From Patescibacteria group bacterium (GTDB lineage: Bacteria; Patescibacteriota; Patescibacteriia; JBDRGY01): DNA of 64,000 nt. Shown one piece after another: positions 46,539 through 55,829 of the stretch (positions are counted from its first letter, which is position 1; each line of letters opens with the position of its first letter). A model generated the notes under the pieces. That model searched no databases. It saw only the letters and a list, made by a program, of their open reading frames with translations, and was not told the DNA's origin. Where the stretch lies: assembly GCA_043817315.1 (NCBI GenBank), contig JBDRGY010000002.1, positions 1,046-65,045 on the forward strand, written 5' to 3'. A program made the translations under genes and the position numbers.

Positions 46539-47821
46539 AGTACGAAATCAAGAAATTGCCCAAAAACCAAGTTCAGATCGTTGTCGAAATTCCGGTCGAT
46601 GCTCATAAGCCGCATTTGGAAAAGGCGGCTCAGCTTTTAGTTAAAGATTCGAAAATATCAGGCTTCAGACCGGGCAAGGTGCCTTATGATATACTCAAGG
46701 AAAAATTGGGAGAGTCGGCAATATATCAAGAAGCGGCTCACCTGATAGTGGAAAAAACCTATCCTGATATCTGCCAAAAGGAAAAATTACTGACCGTGGC
46801 TTCTCCTAAAGTCGAGGTCATAAAAGTGGCTCCGGGCAATCCATTTATTTACAAAGTAATTGTCCCCTTGTTGCCCAGAGTGACACTGGGTGACTATAAG
46901 AAGTTTAAGTCCCAGAAGAATAAAGTTGAGGTAAAGCCTGAACAAGTGGAAAAGGTGTTGCAGGATTTACGTCAGATGCGCGCCACTGAAGTGGCTGCCG
47001 ACAAAGCCATCGCCAAGGGTGATAAAGCTGAAATTGATTTTCAAATTTTTATGGACAAAGTGGCTATTGAGGGTGGCCAAGGCAATAAGTTTGCCATGAT
47101 TGTTGGCGAGGGGTATTTTATCCCTGGATTCGAAGACCAATTGATTGGCATGACTAAGGGCCAAGAAAAAAAATTCCAGCTAACTTTTCCCAAGAATTAC
47201 TTCCAGAAGAATCTGGCCAACCGAGAAGGTGATTTTCAGGTAAAAGTGGTGGCCGTTTATGAAAGAAAGTTACCCGAGTTAAATGATAATTTTGCCAAGA
47301 CTGTCGGCAACAAATTTTTGTCATTTAATCACCTTAAGCAGGAGCTGACCAAGAATCTGGAGCAAGAGGAACAAAGAAAAGAAGATCAGCGTTTTGAATT
47401 GGCACTTTTGGAAGAAATTATCGGGCGCTCTCAGTTCGAAGAAATTCCGGAGATCCTGATTGAAGCAGAGTTGGATAAAATGATCGCTGAGTTGCGGGCC
47501 GAAATCGAAAGTCGTCAGTTAAAATTCGATGACTACCTCAAAAGCATTAAGCAATCCGTGGAAAACTTAAGGGGAGAATTCAACGACAAAGCCATAAAAA
47601 GAGTAAAAACTGCCCTGGTCAGTCGGGAAATTGCCGAAACAGAGGATATCGATGCCAACGACGAAGAAGTGGCAGCCGAGATCAATAAAACCATGCAACT
47701 CTACGCCGGTGATGAAGATATCAAAAAGCGCCTGGCCACTCCTCAGTATTTTACATATCTCAAGAACGTCATGATCAGTAAAAAAGTCTTTCAGTTCCTC
47801 GATAAATTGGCTTCAAAATAA
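46535..47821 (+). CDS. tig: Trigger factor
   Basis: 428 aa. N-terminal ribosome-binding GFRPGKVP, a central FKBP-like domain, and a helical C-terminal arm. Confidence 0.9.
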   Translation: MKYEIKKLPKNQVQIVVEIPVDAHKPHLEKAAQLLVKDSKISGFRPGKVPYDILKEKLGESAIYQEAAHLIVEKTYPDICQKEKLLTVASPKVEVIKVAPGNPFIYKVIVPLLPRVTLGDYKKFKSQKNKVEVKPEQVEKVLQDLRQMRATEVAADKAIAKGDKAEIDFQIFMDKVAIEGGQGNKFAMIVGEGYFIPGFEDQLIGMTKGQEKKFQLTFPKNYFQKNLANREGDFQVKVVAVYERKLPELNDNFAKTVGNKFLSFNHLKQELTKNLEQEEQRKEDQRFELALLEEIIGRSQFEEIPEILIEAELDKMIAELRAEIESRQLKFDDYLKSIKQSVENLRGEFNDKAIKRVKTALVSREIAETEDIDANDEEVAAEINKTMQLYAGDEDIKKRLATPQYFTYLKNVMISKKVFQFLDKLASK

Positions 47822-47826
47822 TAATT

Positions 47827-48669
47827 ATGAAGTTCGGCGCTCACGTTTCCATTGCGCACGGTATCCAATACGCTCCGCTAAATGCCAACCAGCTAGGCTG
47901 TGAGGTTTTTCAGATGTTCACTCGCCCTCCTCAGGGGGGTCCTGCGTCTAACTTAAACGAACAAGCCATTGAAGATTTTCTTACTAATTGCAGTAAGTTC
48001 CAGTTTACCGACTATTACGTTCATGCCCCTTACTATATAAACCTGGCATCTATAAAAAAGAATATCTATTTTGGTTCGATAGCTGCCATTCGCAAAGAAC
48101 TTGAAGTCGGCGCTAAAATTAAAGCTGAATACGTGATGTTCCATCCGGGCAGCGCCAAGGACGTTACCGAAAAAAAGGGCATCAAGATGGTGATAGAGGG
48201 CCTCAAGAAGATATTAGACGGTTACGACGGAGCTACAGAACTGTTAATCGAAAACTCGGCCGGGGCTGGTTCTGTGGTCGGTGACAAATTTGAGGAAATT
48301 GCCGAGATTATCCAGGAAGTCAATCATCCTAAATTAACCGGTGTTTGCCTGGATACTGCTCATTCTTTTGAATCCGGTTATGATTGGCAAGACAAAAAGG
48401 CAGTTGATAATACCTTGAAGAAGTTCGATAAAACCCTAGGGCTCTCTAAGTTAAAAATGATGCACGGTAATGATTCCAAAACAGTTATCGGCTCTCATTC
48501 GGACAGACATGAACATATCGGCCAGGGAGAAATCGGACTTGGGGGGTTTAAGGCTATTATCAAGCACTCTAAACTACAAAAGATCAATTTAGTTTTAGAA
48601 ACCCCGGCTGATCAAGGTGGTTACAAAACCGATTTAAAAATATTGAAAGACTTAAGGGCGGGCCAATGA
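47827..48669 (+). CDS. nfo: Deoxyribonuclease IV (endonuclease IV)
   Basis: 280 aa. MKFGAHVS, HAPY.INL, HPGS, ENSAG, D.H.F, H.NDS, LETP. Confidence 0.9.
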   Translation: MKFGAHVSIAHGIQYAPLNANQLGCEVFQMFTRPPQGGPASNLNEQAIEDFLTNCSKFQFTDYYVHAPYYINLASIKKNIYFGSIAAIRKELEVGAKIKAEYVMFHPGSAKDVTEKKGIKMVIEGLKKILDGYDGATELLIENSAGAGSVVGDKFEEIAEIIQEVNHPKLTGVCLDTAHSFESGYDWQDKKAVDNTLKKFDKTLGLSKLKMMHGNDSKTVIGSHSDRHEHIGQGEIGLGGFKAIIKHSKLQKINLVLETPADQGGYKTDLKILKDLRAGQ

Positions 48670-49196
48670 AAATACCCTTTTTCGTCACCTTGGGTTTTCC
48701 TGGCTCTGGAAAATCCACTTTAACCAAGGCGTTTATTAAGAAGCATCCTCAGTTTCAACCAATTTTTGTTTCCGATTTTTTCTTTAAAACTAATCTGATT
48801 AACAAAAAAGGGGTGGCTCAAGATAAAGATTATGTCAAAAAGGGCCACCGTTTTCTTTATCAGAGTATCCAGAAAATCACCCAACCAACTATTTTGGAAC
48901 TGGGAACCTCTTTGCCCTCATTTAACACCCAACAAATAAAGAAACTTAAAGATAAGCACCCCATAAAATTGAAAGTGCTTTTTTGTGTCTGCGATCCGGA
49001 AATTGCCCTCAAGCGACACCTTAAAAGACATCGCCCGGTCCCCTATAAACTAAAATATCTGAGAATTCGTTACCAGCGAGACTATCCTGGCGAATATCTG
49101 CGATATTGCAAGAAGCATAAACTTCCTTATCACATGATCGATACCACCAAGCCGGTGGCTGCTAACGTCAAAATCTGGGAAAGCTTGTTAAAATAA
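48666..49196 (+). CDS. P-loop NTPase / small-molecule-kinase-like protein
   Basis: 176 aa. Walker A GFPGSGKST. No further specific motifs. Confidence 0.5.
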   Translation: MKIPFFVTLGFPGSGKSTLTKAFIKKHPQFQPIFVSDFFFKTNLINKKGVAQDKDYVKKGHRFLYQSIQKITQPTILELGTSLPSFNTQQIKKLKDKHPIKLKVLFCVCDPEIALKRHLKRHRPVPYKLKYLRIRYQRDYPGEYLRYCKKHKLPYHMIDTTKPVAANVKIWESLLK

Positions 49197-49867
49197 TGTC
49201 CAATCAAATCCTCTTCATCATAATGTCCTTAATATCCCTGGGCTTTGTCCTTTTGGCTTTTCGTTTGGGCAAGGTCTATCTGATTGGCATGATTGTGGCT
49301 TGTGCTGTTTTAATGAACATTTTCGTGACCAAGGGAATGTATCTGTTCGGCTTGGCTGCTACCGGTGGCAATGTGTTATACGCTTCTATTTTTTTGGGCA
49401 CAGACTTGCTTTCAGAGCACTACGGCAAAAGAGCCGCTTACCAGGCAGTACTAACCGGCTTTTTAGCCTCGCTTTTCTTTTTAGTGACTTCGCAACTGAT
49501 TCTTAAATTCTCTCCGGCTGATTTCGACATAGCCCATAGCGCCTTAAAAACCATATTTACCTTAACTCCCCGGATCGTGACCGGTTCTATGGCGGCTTAT
49601 TTAATCTCCCAGAATCTTGATGTCTGGTTATTCCTAAAAATCAAGAAGAAAACCGGAGACAGGCATCTTTGGCTGCGCAATAACGGGTCCACTTTCGGCT
49701 CTCAGCTGATTGATTCCATTATTTTTACAGTAATCGCTTTCGCCGGAGTCTATCCCGACCTCTTACAACTAATCCTATTTACCTATATAATAAAGGTGGC
49801 GGTGGCTGTTTTGGACACGCCGTTTATTTATCTTTCTAAAAAGCTAAAACCAAAAGAGTTAAGATGA
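49196..49867 (+). CDS. Queuosine-precursor transporter family protein (YhhQ/DUF165)
   Basis: 223 aa, 6 TM. ...R..GST..SQLIDS.IF..IAF motif. Confidence 0.75.
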   Translation: MSNQILFIIMSLISLGFVLLAFRLGKVYLIGMIVACAVLMNIFVTKGMYLFGLAATGGNVLYASIFLGTDLLSEHYGKRAAYQAVLTGFLASLFFLVTSQLILKFSPADFDIAHSALKTIFTLTPRIVTGSMAAYLISQNLDVWLFLKIKKKTGDRHLWLRNNGSTFGSQLIDSIIFTVIAFAGVYPDLLQLILFTYIIKVAVAVLDTPFIYLSKKLKPKELR

Positions 49868-50337
49868 AACCAACCAGATCTCCCTACGCCGTGGCTAGGA
49901 AATCTAAAGTCCACGGCAAGGGCCTTTTTGCCAAAAAAGACATTTGGCCAGGTACCAAGATAATCGAATATGTCGGTAATAAAAATAAAAGCAGTCGCTG
50001 GGAAGATGATGACCATAGTGAAACTATTTATGTTTTCCAATTGAACCGGAAATACGATATCGACGGTGATGTCAACTGGAACACCGCCAAGTATATTAAC
50101 CATTCCTGTGATCCTAATAGTGAGGTCGATATAATAGATGATAGAATCTGGATTATTGCCATTAAAAAGATAAAAAAAGGCCAGGAAATTACCTACAACT
50201 ACGGATTTGACCTCAAAGACTGGCAGGAACATCCTTGTAGGTGTGGGGCTAAAAACTGCGTCGGTTACATCATCGATGATTACTACTGGCCCAAATTGCA
50301 CCGAAAAATTAAAAGGCATAATAAGAAGAAAAAATGA
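49864..50337 (+). CDS. SET-domain protein-lysine methyltransferase
   Basis: 157 aa. GKGLFA, NHSCDPN, EITYNYGF, and a post-SET C.CG...C.G. Confidence 0.85.
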   Translation: MKPTRSPYAVARKSKVHGKGLFAKKDIWPGTKIIEYVGNKNKSSRWEDDDHSETIYVFQLNRKYDIDGDVNWNTAKYINHSCDPNSEVDIIDDRIWIIAIKKIKKGQEITYNYGFDLKDWQEHPCRCGAKNCVGYIIDDYYWPKLHRKIKRHNKKKK

Positions 50338-51104
50338 AGTTAACTATTTTAGGCACTGGTACCTCTACCCCAACTAAAAAACGCAATTCCTCCGGATATT
50401 TCCTAAAGATTAAAAAGAAGAGTGTTTTGCTTGATTGTGGTAGTGGAATAACTAAACAAATGATGTTGGCCGGAAAAAAATACTGGGATATTGATTATAT
50501 CTTCATCACTCATTTACATGCTGACCATATTGCTGATTTGGGCTATCTGCTTCATGGTATTTACATCCGAAGTGACCACAGGGGCCATAAGCGGAATAAA
50601 AAACTAGAAATATATGGACCGCCTGGTTTTGCCAAATCGTATCAATACCAAAGAAAAGCTATTAGCTTCCCGGCGGGTAAAGAATCTTACGAAGTAAAGA
50701 TCTATGAAATCAAAAATAAGAAACTCAATTTTTCTAGTTTCTGCATCGAATCAAGGGAGGTTAAGCATGCACCGAATTTAACTTGTTTGGGCTATCGTTT
50801 TAAAGAAAGAGGTGGTAAAACTCTTGTTTATGGCGGTGATACTGGTTTTTGTAAGGGAATCGTTAAATTAGCAAAAAATGCAGACGCCCTTATTCTGCCT
50901 GTTTCTCTTCCTGAACACATTAAAACCTCCTACCACTTGATTCCCTCTGAAGTAGGGCAAGTTACCCAAGGAGCTAAAGCCAAAAAACTATATTTGACCC
51001 ACTTTTACCCTATTACTGAAAAATATGACGTAAAGAAAATTATCAAGAAATATTATAAAGGTCCAACTACAATAGCTAAAGATCTAATGGAGATTAGAAT
51101 CTAA
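50334..51104 (+). CDS. MBL-fold metallohydrolase (RNase Z/BN-like)
   Basis: 256 aa. LGTG....P...R..S......LLDCG.G, HLHADH. Confidence 0.6.
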   Translation: MKLTILGTGTSTPTKKRNSSGYFLKIKKKSVLLDCGSGITKQMMLAGKKYWDIDYIFITHLHADHIADLGYLLHGIYIRSDHRGHKRNKKLEIYGPPGFAKSYQYQRKAISFPAGKESYEVKIYEIKNKKLNFSSFCIESREVKHAPNLTCLGYRFKERGGKTLVYGGDTGFCKGIVKLAKNADALILPVSLPEHIKTSYHLIPSEVGQVTQGAKAKKLYLTHFYPITEKYDVKKIIKKYYKGPTTIAKDLMEIRI

Positions 51105-51872
51105 ATGCTCAACTTCACCAAAAATTTAGCCAAGGAGGCGGGCAAAATCCCCCGGAAGCACTGGGGCAAACTTAAATCCTATAAATACAAAAGGTCTAGA
51201 GATCTATTGACTATAGCTGACGTCGAGACCAATAAATTTATCGTCAATAAAGTACGCAAGCAGTATCCCGGTCATTCCATTATGGCTGAGGAGTCGGGTA
51301 AAATAATTAATCCGGGCGGTCAATATCTGTGGGTAATTGATCCCATTGACGGCACGGCCGCTTATTCCCGGGGCCTGCCTTATTTTGGCACCTCCATTGC
51401 CTTATTTAAAGACGGTCAGCCGTTTATCGGTGTTATTTATGACCCGCTGCTGGATGAACTTTTCTGGGCTCAGGACAAAAAGGGTGCGTATTTTAATGGT
51501 AAGAAAATCAAGCCGAGCAAAATAAGCATATTAAGCAGAGCAGTAATTGATACTGGTTTTCCTCACCAAAGAAAAAGTATACAGGGTCAGAAGCAACTGA
51601 AAAATACCGGTATTCTCTACAATAAAATTGAAAATTTTATCGTTAACACCTGTGCTGTTTCCGGATTATGTTATGTGGCTTGCGGCAGGTTGGAAGTATA
51701 CTACGAATACATTTTGAATCCTTGGGATTTCGCGGCCGGCGCTATCATCGTAGAACAAGCTGGTGGTAAAGTAACCACTCCAGAGGGTCGACCTTGGACT
51801 TTAAAAGACAAAAGAATCGTAGCCAGTAACGGTTTGATTCATAATAAATTTTTAAAACAATTAACCAAATAA
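51105..51872 (+). CDS. Inositol monophosphatase family protein (copy 1)
   Basis: 255 aa. EE, WVIDPIDGT, W D.AAG motifs. Confidence 0.8.
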   Translation: MLNFTKNLAKEAGKIPRKHWGKLKSYKYKRSRDLLTIADVETNKFIVNKVRKQYPGHSIMAEESGKIINPGGQYLWVIDPIDGTAAYSRGLPYFGTSIALFKDGQPFIGVIYDPLLDELFWAQDKKGAYFNGKKIKPSKISILSRAVIDTGFPHQRKSIQGQKQLKNTGILYNKIENFIVNTCAVSGLCYVACGRLEVYYEYILNPWDFAAGAIIVEQAGGKVTTPEGRPWTLKDKRIVASNGLIHNKFLKQLTK

Positions 51873-51873
51873 T

Positions 51874-52368
51874 ATGCAAGTAGCCATTTTATCCGATCTG
51901 CATGACAATTACACCGCCTGGCAGATTATCCTCAAACAAATACAACAACAAAAAATAGAAACTATACTTTATTGCGGCGATTTGGCCGCTCCCTCCATGC
52001 TTAAAAAAATGATTGAGGAATATGAGGGGCAAGTTCATCTGGTTTTTGGCAACGTGGCCGATCGGGAGACAGAAACTAAGATAGCCGGAACCTCGGATAA
52101 AGTCACTCATTACGGTGACCAAGCAGAGTTAGAAATCGATGGCAAAAAGATTGCTCTCAATCATTTTCCAGATAAAGGTAAAGAGTTGGCGGAGTCTGGT
52201 CAATATGATTATGTTTTTCACGGCCACAATCATCAACAGGCCCAAGCCGAGATTGGGAATACAACCCTTATTAATCCAGGAACTGCTGGCGGAATGTTTC
52301 AGTATCCCAGCTATGCTGTAGTTGATTTTTCTAACGATACGGTTGAGTTTAAGAATATTACTTTATAA
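51874..52368 (+). CDS. YfcE/MJ0936-family metallophosphoesterase
   Basis: 164 aa. SDLHDN, CGD, GN.D, GH.H motifs. Confidence 0.75.
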   Translation: MQVAILSDLHDNYTAWQIILKQIQQQKIETILYCGDLAAPSMLKKMIEEYEGQVHLVFGNVADRETETKIAGTSDKVTHYGDQAELEIDGKKIALNHFPDKGKELAESGQYDYVFHGHNHQQAQAEIGNTTLINPGTAGGMFQYPSYAVVDFSNDTVEFKNITL

Positions 52369-52380
52369 ACCTTGCGTGAG

Positions 52381-53148
52381 ATGAAAAAAACAGCGATCCA
52401 GGCAGCCAAACTAGCCGGAGACTATCTGGCCCAGAACTTCGCTAAAATCAGGCGATCACAGATTTCTGTTAAATCAGCCAGTCAAGTGGTTAGTCGGGCC
52501 GACACCGATGCAGAAAAGATAATTCTTAAGACAATCAGACGGAAGTTTCCCGATCATTCAATATATTCTGAAGAAATCGGCCATATTAAGAAAAAATCGG
52601 ATTATCAGTGGGTTATCGATCCCCTAGACGGTTCCACCAACTTCCTGATGCAAAATCCTTTTTTTGCCACCTCTATCGCCCTGCTTCACAAAGGAAGGGT
52701 TATTTTGGGCGTTGCCAATGCTCCTCTAATGAATCATTTTTATCTGGCGGAAAAAAACAAAGGTGCGTACCGCAACGGAAAAAAGATTAGAGTCTCCAAC
52801 AAGAAAAAGTTGTCGGAATCATTTTTAACCTTCTGTCACGGTAACTCGGTTAAAGACATTAAGCGCTCCATAAAAGTCTACCAAACTTTTAAACTGCTTT
52901 GTGCTGATATGCGGCAACTGGGTTCTGGTATTCTGGAATGTGGCATGGTCGCTTTCGGCTCAACCGAAGATATAATGACTCCTGGCGCTAATTTATACGA
53001 CGTGGCTGCTGGTGCTTTGATGGTAGAAGAGGCTGGAGGCCGGGTTACCGACTTTCAGGGTGATAAATGGAGCGTCAAATCAAAAGACATAGTCTGTTCC
53101 AATAGCCATATTCACAACCAACTGATAAAACACCTGAAGAAAATATGA
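52381..53148 (+). CDS. Inositol monophosphatase family protein (copy 2)
   Basis: SEE, WVIDPLDGSTNF, YD.AAG. I prefer the ATG at 52381 to the TTG at 52372. Confidence 0.8.
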   Translation: MKKTAIQAAKLAGDYLAQNFAKIRRSQISVKSASQVVSRADTDAEKIILKTIRRKFPDHSIYSEEIGHIKKKSDYQWVIDPLDGSTNFLMQNPFFATSIALLHKGRVILGVANAPLMNHFYLAEKNKGAYRNGKKIRVSNKKKLSESFLTFCHGNSVKDIKRSIKVYQTFKLLCADMRQLGSGILECGMVAFGSTEDIMTPGANLYDVAAGALMVEEAGGRVTDFQGDKWSVKSKDIVCSNSHIHNQLIKHLKKI

Positions 53149-53507
53149 TAATCTCCGGCAAGGTAGTTAAAGGATCCGGTCTTTCTACAAAAAAAGGTTT
53201 TCCTACGGCCAATATAAATATTCGTAGAAAATTTCCTAAATGGGTTTCTGTGGCCCAGGCTAAAGTTGGCGAAAAGACTTATCCAGGAATATTAATTGTG
53301 GGAGCCCCGACCCGACATATCAGAAAATTTCCCAAAATCGAATTTTTCTGCTTTTCCCAGAAATGCAAATTTTATGGCCAGTCAATTGAAATTAAAATAT
53401 TAAAGAAAATAAGGGGTACTAAGAAATTCGGTACTCCCAAGGAACTTCTTAAACAAATCAACCAAGACATTCATTTAGCTAAGAAGTATTTCAAAACCCA
53501 TGGATAA
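53145..53507 (+). CDS. Riboflavin kinase domain protein (monofunctional; no FAD synthetase domain)
   Basis: 120 aa. G.VV.G.G...K.GFPTANI.....G.Y.......E......YG..I.......IR....F....L..QI..D pattern of the RibF C-terminal domain. Confidence 0.65.
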   Translation: MIISGKVVKGSGLSTKKGFPTANINIRRKFPKWVSVAQAKVGEKTYPGILIVGAPTRHIRKFPKIEFFCFSQKCKFYGQSIEIKILKKIRGTKKFGTPKELLKQINQDIHLAKKYFKTHG

Positions 53508-54051
53508 TCTGACTAAAATCGCTGAAGAAGTAAATAAATGTCAAAAGTGTCCTCTGGCTAAAGACCGGACTAGGGCAGTGCCTGGTGACGGGTCTAAGAA
53601 ATCCGGCTTGATGTTTATTGGTGAGGGTCCAGGTCGCGAAGAGGACAAGCAGGGATTGCCTTTTGTGGGTACAGCTGGCAAATTTTTGGATGAGCTGCTT
53701 TCTGTGATAAAATTAGAAAGGAAAGAAGTTTTTATTGGTAATGTGGTAAAATGCCGTCCTCCGGGGAATAGAGACCCTTTGCCGGAAGAAATTGCCACCT
53801 GTTTACCTTATCTAGAAAGACAAGTTGAGGCCTTAAAGCCAAAATTGATCGTCCTGCTGGGTCGACATGCTATGTATCGTTTTTTGCCTGAGCAGCTAAA
53901 AATTTCTAAAGTTCACGGTAAGCCCTTCCGTCGCCACAATCAAGTCTATCTTCCCCTTTATCATCCTGCCGCCGCCTTGTATCACGGAAGTCTACGGGAA
54001 ACTATAATTAAAGATTTTAAAAAAATTCCTTTACTATTAAAAAAGATATAA
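53500..54051 (+). CDS. Uracil-DNA glycosylase, family 4
   Basis: 183 aa. C.KCPL, GEGPG..ED..G.PFVG.AG, HPAA. Confidence 0.85.
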   Translation: MDNLTKIAEEVNKCQKCPLAKDRTRAVPGDGSKKSGLMFIGEGPGREEDKQGLPFVGTAGKFLDELLSVIKLERKEVFIGNVVKCRPPGNRDPLPEEIATCLPYLERQVEALKPKLIVLLGRHAMYRFLPEQLKISKVHGKPFRRHNQVYLPLYHPAAALYHGSLRETIIKDFKKIPLLLKKI

Positions 54052-54052
54052 A

Positions 54053-54310
54053 ATGCCGCACAAAGCTCCGCCACCACATAAGCTGCCGGGCGAACCGCCC
54101 AAATTGCCTCATGAGCATCCCAAATTGCCTCCGCCTCATCACAAAAAAGGTAAGATTTTCTGGGCCTTTCTGACCGGTACCATTGCCACGGTCTTTGTAG
54201 GTTTTCTGCTCAGTCTGTTTGATATTTCTATAAATGTTATCCTGCCGGTCTTGGCTCCCATTTGGGTCGGTAGTATTACTCTGATATATACTATCACCAA
54301 AGAACACTAG
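54053..54310 (+). CDS. Small membrane protein with a Pro/His-rich N-terminus
   Basis: 85 aa. PPKLPHEHPKLPPPHH followed by two TM helices. Translationally coupled to udg. Confidence 0.5.
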   Translation: MPHKAPPPHKLPGEPPKLPHEHPKLPPPHHKKGKIFWAFLTGTIATVFVGFLLSLFDISINVILPVLAPIWVGSITLIYTITKEH

Positions 54311-54351
54311 GGCTTGATTTTTAAAAAATTTCTGCTAGAATAGCCTATACT

Positions 54352-54426
54352 GGCCACGTAGCCAAGTGGTAAGGCGGAGGTTTGCAAAACCTTTATTCGG
54401 CGGTTCGATCCCGCCCGTGGCCTCCA
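54352..54426 (+). tRNA. tRNA-Cys(GCA), CCA encoded
   Basis: GGCCACG/CGTGGCC acceptor, loop TTGCAAA, T arm GGCGG TTCGATC CCGCC, discriminator U73. Confidence 0.9.
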
Positions 54427-54427
54427 T

Positions 54428-54482
54428 CCTTCGACAAGCTCAGGATGAGCATTGGAGAAGGATGCCCTGAATTTATTGAAGG
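54428..54482 (+). repeat. 17-bp-arm hairpin between tRNA-Cys and the GIY-YIG start
   Basis: CCTTCGACAAGCTCAGG (54428-44) pairs with CCTGAATTTATTGAAGG (54466-82) at 15 of 17 positions, including two G-U pairs that work only in plus-strand RNA. The 3' arm ends 4 nt before the ATG and covers the only SD-like GAAGG. Confidence 0.6.
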
Positions 54483-54486
54483 GCAA

Positions 54487-54744
54487 ATGAAATATTACGT
54501 CTATATTTTAAAATGTGACGAGGAAAATTTATATACGGGATCGACTTGTGATTTGAAAAATCGGATTGAAAAGCATAAAAAAGGAGAAGGTGCTATATTT
54601 ACCAGAAACAGAAAATCGATTAAACTTGTATATAAAGAACTTTATAAAATAAGGGAGTTGGCTGAAAAAAGAGAAAAGCAGATAAAAGGGTGGTGCAGAA
54701 AAAAGAAGATAAATTTAATCAAATTTGGCCATCCTCTAGGGTAA
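54487..54744 (+). CDS. Small GIY-YIG nuclease-family protein (85 aa)
   Basis: MKYYVYILKCDEENLYTGSTCDLKNRIEKHKKG (GIY-YIG motifs YVYIL / LYTGST, R, E). The longer track ORF overlaps tRNA-Cys and is rejected. Confidence 0.85.
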   Translation: MKYYVYILKCDEENLYTGSTCDLKNRIEKHKKGEGAIFTRNRKSIKLVYKELYKIRELAEKREKQIKGWCRKKKINLIKFGHPLG

Positions 54745-54753
54745 ATAGAATCT

Positions 54754-54827
54754 GCGGATGTCGTATAATGGTTATTATTCATCCTTGCCAAGGATGAGAT
54801 GGCGGTTCGATTCCGCTCATCCGCTCC
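54754..54827 (+). tRNA. tRNA-Gly(GCC), CCA encoded
   Basis: GCGGATG/CATCCGC acceptor, stem CATCC/GGATG with loop TTGCCAA, T arm GGCGG TTCGATT CCGCT. Confidence 0.9.
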
Positions 54828-54854
54828 ATTTTTTAAAAGCCACTTAAGATAAAT

Positions 54855-54941
54855 GCCGCGGTGGCGGAATCGGTATACGCGCTGGACTTAAAATCCAGTG
54901 GTGGCAACACCTTGAGAGTTCGAGTCTCTCCCGCGGCACCA
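54855..54941 (+). tRNA. tRNA-Leu(TAA), long variable arm, CCA encoded
   Basis: GCCGCGG/CCGCGGC acceptor, stem CTGGA/TCCAG with loop CTTAAAA, variable arm TGGTGGCAACACC, T arm GAGAG TTCGAGT CTCTC. Confidence 0.9.
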
Positions 54942-54988
54942 AAATTAAAAACAACCCTGAAATTAGCGGGCTGTTTTTTTATCTATTG

Positions 54989-55516
54989 TTATTTTAGTAT
55001 TTCTACCTTTAAAATCTTAGCACCCCAGGCCTTGGCTTCGGCCTTGCTATGAACCCACATATCAAATAGATACTGGGAGGTATGTCTTTCATGCAATCTA
55101 TCTTGAATCACAAATATCTTATCGCCGAATTGGTCCGGGAATCGGACCTTAGTGCCAAATGGCAAATACTGATGCGCCATTATCCCGTTGGCCGTTCGTT
55201 CGCCAGAGGCAGTGACAAAGGGATCGCCTGAAGTTTCGTCCGGGGAAGATGAATAGGCAGTTACTGTGGTCCAAAAGGTTTTCTTGACCTCATATTCTTT
55301 GGCGGGGATGTCGGGCAAGGCTTCAATTGGAGACATGTTGATTTCTCTGCAGATCAGCTGGGCGTCGTCATAAACCAGGCTCAATTCGGGCTGAGTAGCA
55401 ATAGAATATTGGGGCAGCCAAACAGAAACAAAAGAAACCAACGAAATAATAACAACATAGGTTGCTAATCCGTTGGTTTTGCTTCCCCCTTGAGAAATAT
55501 GCCTCTGAAATCTCAT
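54989..55516 (-). CDS. 3D-domain (MltA/RlpA-like double-psi beta-barrel) cell-wall protein with an N-terminal signal anchor
   Basis: 175 aa. VTAYSSSPDETSGDPFVTASGER...G..A......FGTKV.. is typical of the 3D domain. Confidence 0.75.
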   Translation of the reverse strand: MRFQRHISQGGSKTNGLATYVVIISLVSFVSVWLPQYSIATQPELSLVYDDAQLICREINMSPIEALPDIPAKEYEVKKTFWTTVTAYSSSPDETSGDPFVTASGERTANGIMAHQYLPFGTKVRFPDQFGDKIFVIQDRLHERHTSQYLFDMWVHSKAEAKAWGAKILKVEILK

Positions 55517-55829
55517 AGGTTAACCAATTTAAAATCCCCTTTATTTTGGGGAGTAATTTACATAATAACACGGCTATTTTGCCCTGTCAAGGGATAAAAA
55601 AGGCCTGGAAATCCGCTTCTTCTTTGGTCGTTTTTAAGACTTGTTCTTGATTCCTTTTCCCACCAACCAGATAACTACTATTAAGACAATTGCTGCTGTT
55701 ACCCAAGCCCACCAGTAGTCGATAATTATTTCTTCCATCTTTTTTTGTCGATTACTTTTTTATTTATTAGAGCGAGTGACCCCGCTGTTGGCGGGGCGTC
55801 TTCGGCTCGCTTGTATAACCTGTTCAGTA

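Noticed and set aside
54382-54486. N-terminal extension of the GIY-YIG ORF (track ORF 54382..54744)
   Set aside because: The extension starts inside tRNA-Cys and translates the hairpin arms. The GIY-YIG domain begins at the ATG at 54487.
54861-55052. Track ORFs overlapping tRNAs: 54861..55052, 55745..55933, 58192..58461, 58310..58693, 60030..60287, 60125..60322, 61942..62172
   Set aside because: All are explained by tRNA genes or tRNA fragments on one or the other strand. The peptides contain the usual tRNA-derived strings (GIEPPSS, GLEPAAS, RIELPTQGFS, GFEPSTSSL).
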